A stretch of DNA of 64,000 nucleotides, taken from an uncultured virus (IMG/VR IMGVR_UViG_3300032213_002933). Taxonomy: Duplodnaviria; Heunggongvirae; Uroviricota; Caudoviricetes. The number at the start of each line of letters is the position of its first letter. Within the stretch, counting starts at the first letter, position 1. The DNA lies in the IMG/VR virus record IMGVR_UViG_3300032213_002933, one strand, 5' to 3'. A program made the translations under genes and the position numbers. This document shows positions 56,183 through 64,000 of this stretch, one piece after another. The notes below the pieces were generated by a model. That model did no database searches, was not told where the DNA came from, and saw only the letters and a list, made by a program, of their open reading frames with translations.

Positions 56183-59100
56183 TATTCTTCCTCATGGTCT
56201 GGGTGCAGTTGCGAGTAGTCAGATATATAGTACGGAGTAGATCCCATCAATCCCATTTGATATTGATCATATCTATTTAATGGGACCCACTTAGGGGGCA
56301 GCCAGTTGGGCGTAGAGTTATATGGGTAAATAACCTCTGCATTGGAGTGCTCATAGGCAAAGCTGGGAGTTGCGAGTATTTGTGAGCCTTCTTGCCTATT
56401 TATTGTATATATATTTGGTAAGGGTATATTATTTTCATAGCTATACTGAATAGAGTCATATGACTCGTACCAGTAGACAACATCTCCAGATATAGTAACG
56501 TCATTAGATAAAGGAACTTCTCCACTAGAAGTTAAGATAGATGCAATGGCTTCTTCATTGGAGATATTTACCCGAGCAAACCAATATCCCGGCGTACTTG
56601 AGTCACTAGCTGTGATTTCGTTAGATATAGTAAATTCTCCATTTGAATTAGTATTTATCACATGATCTGGTGTAGCTGCAAACAAGTCTTTTAATGTCCT
56701 GCCGACATTCCAGGAAAGCTGGACTTCGTTATTAAATGGTTTATTCTTCCAGTAAATTTTTCCAGATATTGATATCTTACTGATGCCGTCTGCATTTATA
56801 TTAATGTCTGATGCAGCTGCTTTAACTGACAAATGAAATGGGTCATTTCTACTTATTTCGAATGGCACCTTTAGGCTATAACCTTCAGAGGAACTATTTT
56901 CTCCACCATTTGGAGTAGCAGATCCTATTCCAATGATATCAATTACTCCCTCACGATATACTGCTGGTATATCGCCATTGTATCTAATGATGGATGTTGC
57001 TAATCCATTATCGCTTGTTGTTATAAACGATGGCGTAGCTGAAATTAAATCACCAGAAATAGCAAATGTTTGACCTGGCTTTAGATTATATTGATTATCG
57101 TGAGATACCAAAGATAAATACATTAAATCTGAAGTAGAGTCAGAGATGTATGCTGGTGATAAATGAGCTTCAACATGCGAAAATGGATAATCTTCTTTAC
57201 TGACATATATGTATCCTTCATCTATCGGATTTAAGGATGAATTCAGATATAAATCAATTGGATATGTAATGTCGTTAATTGAATTTTCATAAGTAATATT
57301 ATATGAAGAATTTGAGTTTGGAGTTGAGCTGAAATAAATTACTGAATTATATGCGTCAGCAATAGGGTCATAAACGTCATTATCCAGATACCATGCATTA
57401 TTTACCTTATATGAAACTAGGTATTCTCTATCGTATATGAATGGTGTGGCTGCACTTTGGGGTGTAGCTTCATTGGTCAGTGTAATTTGATTTTCGCTTA
57501 CAAGTATAGTATCTAATACTTCTTTGCCAGTATAATTATCTAAGACTGATACATTAGTTATGTCTTTATACGCTAAATAAATTATTTCATTTGCGCTGGC
57601 ATTAACTATTTCAGAGTTTTCAAAAGTTAATTTTCCAGGAGTAGCGGCGTCTTCAAATGCCATATTTCTATAGTTCTGACCATCAACATCAACAAGTACG
57701 GGGGCGCCATTCCTAGGCGTATTTAAAAGGTTGACACTGAAGAATCTTCCACTAGAAGATTCCGTAACTGGATTTGCATATATGTAATAATCATTTTCGT
57801 CTAGATATATCCAGCCCGTATGTAGTGCTGATCGTTGTTCTTGAATTAAAAACTTATCCTTTTTAGCGTGTATGTCTACGGACGTTTCTATGTCTTGACT
57901 GAATGAGGAATTTAAATTATTTAAAAGCGCATCTTGAGATTCGACGTATGCTAAAACTGAATCTTGTGCAGTATTTAATGTAGCGTCCTTTATAATATAT
58001 ACATCATCTTGAAGAAGACCAAAAGAGTCTTTACTTAAATAAATTTTACTCAAAAAGGAATCAGCATTGAAATAGGAATTTAGGGGATCTTCGCCCGTCT
58101 CATATACATTATCTAACGAATCTATATATCCACTAAAGAGATTTGGAGTTGCCTCCGCCGTGAATGATTCGTACGCGTTAAAGTATATAGGATAATAACT
58201 TGATGTAGCTGATTCAATTAGTATGTAGTGCGGTGTTGACGCATAGTTTATTGTTGCAGAATCGAAATAATCAGCTGCCCCAATAGACGCGTTCGAAGAA
58301 TTAAAAGGCTGCCATAATATGTTTGGTGATGATGGTATTAGGTACTGGGAATTGTCATCTGGATTAGTGGTTCTTCCGCCAATAATATTTCTTTCCATAT
58401 CTTCTGACCCAAAGTATCCCACCCCATTTGGAGCGCTAACGTCCACATAAAGATATCGAGGCGTTGCGTCAAATGGTAAAATTACTCTATCTAACATCTC
58501 ATTAACGTAGATAGATTCTGTTAAAATTCCTGAAACAGTAGGGTCATTTTGGGAATTTAAGACAACTGTAGATTGTAATGGGCTCGTGTTTAAAGATACT
58601 ACTTTTGTTGCGTAGTTTGTAGATCCAATTTTTATGTTTGCATCTTGTGGGCGCCTATTAGGAGTGGTCATTGATGTATAGGAGTTTGCAGCGGGGTTAG
58701 TATAATAGGTTGGACTAGCAGTGGAAAATGAAGCCCAATAACTTGCCGTAGCGAGAGAAGTGTCATATGCTTGAGAAGCATAATTCCATCCCCCGTTGGA
58801 AAAAGTTATTTTAACAGAGGATGCGTCATAAAAATTAATATTATTACTTGTCGGAGTTGCTTGAGTATTTAGGTAGATCTGATTATATACCTTATCTCTA
58901 AATACTATATCAGGAATTGTATTACCTTCCTGGTCAAATATTCTAATATAGTTAAATTCAGGACTAGCAGAACTTGTAGCTGGAAATCTATTTCCAACAT
59001 AAAAATCATCTCTATTGCTATAGTTTAAGTTTGAATAGAATGTAGAAGGAGTAGCATAGTTATCATGTGGCGGCATTATTATTTCATATGTCAGCCCTAC

Positions 59101-60804
59101 TCCAACATCTTGAACTACTCCAGATTTTCTTCTGCCCGCATTATAATCCTGAACAGTCCTTAGGTAATTAACATACCATGAATAGTCTACAAGGATTGGT
59201 GTGTAGGCGTACTCTATTCCGGTCTTGTGCACTCCAGATATAGACATTGACCCATTGAATGATATAGTGGATTTCTCTAATGATTCTAGAATGAATCTTC
59301 CGTCAGAAAAATCTCCAATACCTGGCTGATAATATTCCGATAGGGGAGATGTGTCCGTGTCATATATAGCGGGTATTCTAGAGACACCTTCTCCATCCAT
59401 CCCAGAGTAATCCCAGGTTCCCTCACCCCATTTAACGTATCCTATATTAGATGGATATCTATTATTTAAGTCTTCTACTAGATCTTTGAACATTTTTTCT
59501 GGCTTACCAGAAGGGGAAAAATACGGTGTTGTTTTTTCTAAGTCTGAAATTTCATAAATATACGGAAAAGCTTGAGTACTGTCAGAGTCTACATCTACGC
59601 CATAAGCTTTCCATATGTCCAATTCTCTTCTTAGTGTTCTCTTTAGTCCGTCGCTATGGATTCCTGGAATATTCTTAGATACATCTAATATTCTTTGCTT
59701 GTATCTAGAGTTAGTTTCTTTATATAGTCTCTCTAGGCCTACTCTTGCGCCAAATTCATCAAAGTTATTAAATATATTAACTGCATATTGCTCGTAAGGA
59801 GTTCCGTTTACGGAAAGTGTTACGTATTCTCTCATGACAAGAATCTGTTTATCCATTGGGTTATAATAATAAACATGATCTGTTATTTTACTTCTGTGAA
59901 AATCTGATAAAGAATTTACAGGCGAAAGGATAACGTCATCACCTACTATGGTCTGCAGATTTGTTGGAACATCATAGGACACGTAAGCCCACGCAAGCAT
60001 ATTTTCATCGGCACTATTGATATAAGCATTGATGTCTCTTAGGTCAATCTCTGAAACAATCGCATCTATGTTTTCTTGGACTAATGCTGTTAAAAATTTT
60101 CCACCCGTAGATTGCGGAATAGCTAAAGAAGGGGTGGCAGGCTCTAGTGAGTCATCAAATAATTTTGTCCACGTTGGAAATCTTCTTAGGATATTCCTTG
60201 CTGAATTTGATATTACTGGAGACGTGGGTTCGTGTATGCCTATTTCCAAATAGAATAGCAATCCGAGCGTCGATACATCTATATTTTCAGAGAATATTTC
60301 AAGTTCTATTTTTATCCATGGCTTAGCGTTCCTGATGAATATAATATTAGAATCAAACGATAACGAAGACTTTAGCCATGGACCATCTTCCATATCGGAC
60401 TCATGCATCTGAATGTTAAAGGATGGTACTTCAAATCCTGGTAAGTTTGTAAAGGTATGCTTATAGGCTAGAATATCTATTCTTGAGCTAGTATCCAAGA
60501 AGCGTATTAAGTCAGGTGTGGCTGGCTCATAAACTATTTCACCGGCGTTAGTTACATACAGTGCGTTTGGACTAAGGGGGGTTGACATATCATTGGAATA
60601 TGATGGCGAGGTGACCTCTGTGCCCACGTAAGTGTTATCGCCAATTAAATTAAGGCCATAACGAGATCTAGTATATGAGTAATTATTGTACTGGCTATTG
60701 CTATATAGGTTTACGGCACTGCTTGTCCATAGCGGATTTCCCGTTAAAGCGTCATATGTTTTAGTGAAATCTCCACTTTTAAAAAGTAACAAGTACTGCT
60801 TCAT
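56182..60804 (-). CDS. Giant baseplate wedge-type protein (1540 aa) with dispersed ATP/STP tripeptides
   Basis: FDEFGARVGLER..ETNSRYKQRIL wedge-like motif; directly follows baseplate J. Confidence 0.7.
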   Translation of the reverse strand: MKQYLLLFKSGDFTKTYDALTGNPLWTSSAVNLYSNSQYNNYSYTRSRYGLNLIGDNTYVGTEVTSPSYSNDMSTPLSPNALYVTNAGEIVYEPATPDLIRFLDTSSRIDILAYKHTFTNLPGFEVPSFNIQMHESDMEDGPWLKSSLSFDSNIIFIRNAKPWIKIELEIFSENIDVSTLGLLFYLEIGIHEPTSPVISNSARNILRRFPTWTKLFDDSLEPATPSLAIPQSTGGKFLTALVQENIDAIVSEIDLRDINAYINSADENMLAWAYVSYDVPTNLQTIVGDDVILSPVNSLSDFHRSKITDHVYYYNPMDKQILVMREYVTLSVNGTPYEQYAVNIFNNFDEFGARVGLERLYKETNSRYKQRILDVSKNIPGIHSDGLKRTLRRELDIWKAYGVDVDSDSTQAFPYIYEISDLEKTTPYFSPSGKPEKMFKDLVEDLNNRYPSNIGYVKWGEGTWDYSGMDGEGVSRIPAIYDTDTSPLSEYYQPGIGDFSDGRFILESLEKSTISFNGSMSISGVHKTGIEYAYTPILVDYSWYVNYLRTVQDYNAGRRKSGVVQDVGVGLTYEIIMPPHDNYATPSTFYSNLNYSNRDDFYVGNRFPATSSASPEFNYIRIFDQEGNTIPDIVFRDKVYNQIYLNTQATPTSNNINFYDASSVKITFSNGGWNYASQAYDTSLATASYWASFSTASPTYYTNPAANSYTSMTTPNRRPQDANIKIGSTNYATKVVSLNTSPLQSTVVLNSQNDPTVSGILTESIYVNEMLDRVILPFDATPRYLYVDVSAPNGVGYFGSEDMERNIIGGRTTNPDDNSQYLIPSSPNILWQPFNSSNASIGAADYFDSATINYASTPHYILIESATSSYYPIYFNAYESFTAEATPNLFSGYIDSLDNVYETGEDPLNSYFNADSFLSKIYLSKDSFGLLQDDVYIIKDATLNTAQDSVLAYVESQDALLNNLNSSFSQDIETSVDIHAKKDKFLIQEQRSALHTGWIYLDENDYYIYANPVTESSSGRFFSVNLLNTPRNGAPVLVDVDGQNYRNMAFEDAATPGKLTFENSEIVNASANEIIYLAYKDITNVSVLDNYTGKEVLDTILVSENQITLTNEATPQSAATPFIYDREYLVSYKVNNAWYLDNDVYDPIADAYNSVIYFSSTPNSNSSYNITYENSINDITYPIDLYLNSSLNPIDEGYIYVSKEDYPFSHVEAHLSPAYISDSTSDLMYLSLVSHDNQYNLKPGQTFAISGDLISATPSFITTSDNGLATSIIRYNGDIPAVYREGVIDIIGIGSATPNGGENSSSEGYSLKVPFEISRNDPFHLSVKAAASDININADGISKISISGKIYWKNKPFNNEVQLSWNVGRTLKDLFAATPDHVINTNSNGEFTISNEITASDSSTPGYWFARVNISNEEAIASILTSSGEVPLSNDVTISGDVVYWYESYDSIQYSYENNIPLPNIYTINRQEGSQILATPSFAYEHSNAEVIYPYNSTPNWLPPKWVPLNRYDQYQMGLMGSTPYYISDYSQLHPDHEEE

Positions 60805-60882
60805 TTAATCCTCAGTTTAACTAAAATTAATGTTTAAATAAAGTATATTATAGTATATATTTTATTTATAAATAACTTATTT

Positions 60883-62052
60883 TTAATAAGTTGTAGATCC
60901 CATTATAACAGAATTTATACTAACAGTTCCAGCTGATATGTACTTTTTAATGCCCTGTAACGAAAAATCTTGTAGTGGCAGTTCTTTTCCGTCGGCGGTA
61001 ATGCTGGATATAATTGTATTTCTTATATAATCAGAAGATCTGTTAATTTGGTTTTCAATTTGGGTCAAGGACATAGTGTCGCCTATGGTTAGTGAATTTA
61101 GATACCTTTTAACGAATAATGATGCCTGATTTACAATACCAGAAGCCAAGGTTTCCGATACGCCCATAGGGATTCTAATGGTAGCTGCGACTGAAACTGT
61201 AACTTTTTCTGCTATTCTAACATTAAATTTAACACCTACTGGCTTGACCGCATTAACTGCCAGTAAAATATTTTGAGGAAGATTACCTAATCCACTACTT
61301 GTTTCTGGGACTACTACAATATCGCAAGATCCTATTCCATAAGAGCCTTCTCTAATTCTAACATCTCTTACGCCCCTCACTCCTAAGGCAGCAAACCTTA
61401 CTGATTCTGCACTGCCTACTGCCTTTGACTTAATTGACGCAATTATTCTTCTTCTAAAATTAGAATCAGATTCTGAATTTATATTAGAATATACTTCCTT
61501 TGGATTATTGCAAAATAGAATTACTCCCGCTGGGGAAAAGAAATTGTGCTTTGTCAAAGAGTTAACTGGAGCTACATACGCGTTGTCGGAGAAATTCGGT
61601 TCCACCCTACCATAGGCTCTAGTCGAACCTGTTGGAATTACGACATCACCAGCTAATTTAAAGCCATATTGTTTTGATATAAAATTTGACACATCGTTAT
61701 AGACTAGTACGTCTTTTGGAATGGTTATAGCCGAGCTATGGGCTTTGTTTATGAAGAATTCTATATTGAAAGACTGTCTATCTTCAGAAGCGTAGTCTGT
61801 TATGCTCTTTCTTGTTATCCCGTAAAGATCGCCAATCAGATCTAGATTCCTACCAGAGGCACTAGATAGATCTCCCTGCGTTATATTAAATCTCAGTGCC
61901 TCATAAAGATCTGATATTTCAGAACTAAATGCCTCTGCGAAAGCTCTGGCAATGGATCCTGGATACACTGCTGATATCGCTGCGTCTTTTTGTAAGGAAT
62001 TTAATATACTTACTAATATATCTGATTTGCTTTTAATACCATAAACGGACAT
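60883..62052 (-). CDS. Baseplate J-like (T4 gp6-related) wedge protein
   Basis: PGSIAR, ASGRNLDLIG..YGITR, ESDSNFRRRI, VKPVGV. Confidence 0.85.
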   Translation of the reverse strand: MSVYGIKSKSDILVSILNSLQKDAAISAVYPGSIARAFAEAFSSEISDLYEALRFNITQGDLSSASGRNLDLIGDLYGITRKSITDYASEDRQSFNIEFFINKAHSSAITIPKDVLVYNDVSNFISKQYGFKLAGDVVIPTGSTRAYGRVEPNFSDNAYVAPVNSLTKHNFFSPAGVILFCNNPKEVYSNINSESDSNFRRRIIASIKSKAVGSAESVRFAALGVRGVRDVRIREGSYGIGSCDIVVVPETSSGLGNLPQNILLAVNAVKPVGVKFNVRIAEKVTVSVAATIRIPMGVSETLASGIVNQASLFVKRYLNSLTIGDTMSLTQIENQINRSSDYIRNTIISSITADGKELPLQDFSLQGIKKYISAGTVSINSVIMGSTTY

Positions 62053-62055
62053 TTA

Positions 62056-62436
62056 TTAATCTCCTAGATTTTGACTTACTGATAACATGATGGGTTCGTC
62101 TATATCGGATACTATGTGGATATCAAATTTAATAGTATCCCTACTGGTTGGAACGGCGGTAATCTTAATGTTGCGCCCCTTGAAAAGGCCTTCTTTTTGA
62201 AGCCCAGCCATAATGAGAGCTTTGCCAAACTCTGCTGTTTCTTTTGTCTGTGGCAGTCCATAGAGTCTAGATAGGTCTATTCCAAGCTGTGGATATATGT
62301 AAAAATCCCCAGGCTCCGTCATTAGTCTTAGGTAGATTTGCTGGATATCTTCATGCAAAGAAGATGGAGCCAATCCGAGATCCCTTTTTCCATCGATAAC
62401 AAAATCTCCATCTAAGGTAAAATATAGGTCACTCAT
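62056..62436 (-). CDS. gp25-like baseplate wedge / sheath initiator
   Basis: DL.....GD, QQIYLRLMTEPGD...P.LG.DL. Confidence 0.75.
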   Translation of the reverse strand: MSDLYFTLDGDFVIDGKRDLGLAPSSLHEDIQQIYLRLMTEPGDFYIYPQLGIDLSRLYGLPQTKETAEFGKALIMAGLQKEGLFKGRNIKITAVPTSRDTIKFDIHIVSDIDEPIMLSVSQNLGD

Positions 62437-63073
62437 TCATTGCCTCTAATGCTAACTGGTGTGCTTGTTCGAAGAATGTTCCCTCTTTCATAAGACTTAT
62501 CATATACAGGATATGCTCTTTGGAGTAATCTGATTGATATATTTCCAGTAAACCTATTTGCTCATTTGTCAATCCGTCTATACTATACTCTGATTGATAA
62601 TTTTGCTTTAATTGGTCCACTACTGGAGCAAATCCATACTCACCAGTTATAGTAATGGGCTTTTGCTTTTCCTCCTGGTCATATTTCTTAGCTATATCTA
62701 AATAATAGCTAACGCCATTCTGGGCAGAGTGTATCGATTTAGTATTTATTTTCACTAAAGTTGGCTCAATATAGGACGAGGCTGCGTAGTTAAAATTGTA
62801 ACTATTCCACCTAAGGCCATCCTCTTTTGTGTGCATCCTGACAGAATCGCCAAAAAAGGAAATTGACTTTGATCTTGCGCTAATAATTATTCCTATACCG
62901 GGAGCAGCAAATATTTCTATATCTCCTTCGTCATTTAGTCTAATAAAACTAGATAAGTCGGGGTGCGTTAGTCCAACTTCTCTATCGGAAAATTCTTTTC
63001 TTTTTTTAATTTCAGAAGATACAGGTAGAGCTGGATCTTGGTAGTTAATATTATTTATTGACGCTCTGCTCAT
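62429..63073 (-). CDS. Putative baseplate protein
   Basis: Lies between the spike-like and gp25-like genes; HP..SFIRLNDEGDIEI beta-strand motif. Confidence 0.55.
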   Translation of the reverse strand: MSRASINNINYQDPALPVSSEIKKRKEFSDREVGLTHPDLSSFIRLNDEGDIEIFAAPGIGIIISARSKSISFFGDSVRMHTKEDGLRWNSYNFNYAASSYIEPTLVKINTKSIHSAQNGVSYYLDIAKKYDQEEKQKPITITGEYGFAPVVDQLKQNYQSEYSIDGLTNEQIGLLEIYQSDYSKEHILYMISLMKEGTFFEQAHQLALEAMNE

Positions 63074-63441
63074 TAGTGGACCATAAACCTTGGTATTCCA
63101 GTATTTACCCTATATTGATAGGCTCTATTGTATCCAGAATTGGTATCGTCATAATAGTTTATCACATAAGGTTTTGCTTCATTATTATCTCTGAAACCTA
63201 TTAGGCACCTAGAGCCTGGAACTGGAGCAACAATCTGAACCCCTCTAACACTGGGGCATACTACGTCTTTAATTATATTTCCTACATTTTCTGAATGATG
63301 ATCTTCCAATACTACAACTGCAGTGTTGTTACTATTATTATAAGACATGATTACTCCAGGCCTTGATCTAGATCTTTGCATCTGAGATAGGTCAATTTGG
63401 TCTTGTATTTTCTTGTCAAATTTTGGATAATTAACTGGCAT
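63073..63441 (-). CDS. Baseplate spike OB-fold (gpV / gp5 N-terminal-like) protein
   Basis: GVIMSYN...TAVV...P.PGSRCLIGF...PYVI. Confidence 0.6.
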   Translation of the reverse strand: MPVNYPKFDKKIQDQIDLSQMQRSRSRPGVIMSYNNSNNTAVVVLEDHHSENVGNIIKDVVCPSVRGVQIVAPVPGSRCLIGFRDNNEAKPYVINYYDDTNSGYNRAYQYRVNTGIPRFMVH

Positions 63442-63471
63442 AAAAATCTCCTTACTTATAGGCTATTGCGC

Positions 63472-64000
63472 TTAATCATTTACTAATTCTGCGCCATCTA
63501 GCCATTGGTCGATATACTTAGCAGAATTCTGGCCTTGTGTACTGGCACTTAGGGAATATACGTCTTTAACCCATTTCTTTAATGCTGCTCGAGTTCCTCC
63601 GCCACCTTCATAAACTTCCACAGCGGCGTTAAATGTGACTGAACCCAACCATCCATATGGGTCTTTATAGTTATCGCCCCATGCCGCAAATACATATCCG
63701 GCTTCTGGCGTAGCTCCCAATTTTGGAAAACCATAATATGGGGTTTGTCCGGTTACCAAAGTCCAGAACATATATGCTTGGTTTAGTGGTATCCAAACCC
63801 TACGATCAACTAGTTCTCTGAGTTTTTCAACAGCGCCGTTGTGACTGCCTCGATAAAATACTTCTAATTTATATTTTTCATTTAATTTTTCATTATAATT
63901 ATCTATAGTAGGAGGTTGTTCTCCAGGATAAACTGTAGTCCAATTTTTGCTTGCTAGTTGCCATCCTTGCATCTGCTCTTTAGTTGTTCCCTCTGTTAAT
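63472..64000 (-). CDS. C-terminal part of a probable tail/baseplate hub protein (5' end outside the window)
   Basis: Frame stays open upstream of 63972 to the window edge; sits upstream of the spike gene. Confidence 0.55.
   Translation of the reverse strand, partial: LTEGTTKEQMQGWQLASKNWTTVYPGEQPPTIDNYNEKLNEKYKLEVFYRGSHNGAVEKLRELVDRRVWIPLNQAYMFWTLVTGQTPYYGFPKLGATPEAGYVFAAWGDNYKDPYGWLGSVTFNAAVEVYEGGGGTRAALKKWVKDVYSLSASTQGQNSAKYIDQWLDGAELVND

Noticed and set aside
7304..63044. Many 60-140 aa plus-strand ORFs antisense to recognised genes
   Set aside because: They overlap well-supported minus-strand genes and show no recognisable motifs
1..64000. Stop-codon reassignment
   Set aside because: Genes tile densely in the standard code, and TAA, TAG and TGA all end recognisable full-length proteins

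Overview
AT-rich 64-kb segment of a large tailed phage genome with a contractile (myovirus-type) tail. The host is probably an actinobacterium: there is an LPXTG protein with Thr-rich linkers, an MSMEG_6728-family gene and several leaderless promoters. Nearly all genes are on the minus strand in the standard code. In transcription order (right to left) the window holds: (i) baseplate and virion genes, 64000-40948, including a spike-like, gp25-like and baseplate J-like protein and eight large structural proteins; (ii) a replication and nucleotide-metabolism block, 40338-16682, with class II NrdJ, ThyX, dCMP deaminase, DnaB-like helicase, AEP primase, DnaE, nucleases, a sigma-like factor, RNase HI, dNMP kinase and three embedded glycosyltransferases; (iii) a late/lysis region with many tiny Lys-rich peptides (six missed by the ORF track), an LPXTG surface protein and two M15-type peptidases; (iv) an accessory block with tRNA-Ser(GCT), more glycosyltransferases, a methyltransferase, two HiPIP-like proteins, two 2OG-Fe(II) oxygenases, a glutathione peroxidase, a plus-strand surface-protein cassette and a collagen-like fibre gene running off the left end. 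The most notable signals are: 13 Ala-Thr-Pro plus 6 Ser-Thr-Pro tripeptides scattered through one 1540-aa baseplate protein, a candidate modification sequon in a phage with six glycosyltransferases and three prolyl-hydroxylase-like enzymes; a 62-bp in-frame inverted repeat linking two surface-protein genes, which could swap their anchors; and two distinct promoter classes. All product calls come from motif recognition by eye, and no database searches were run.
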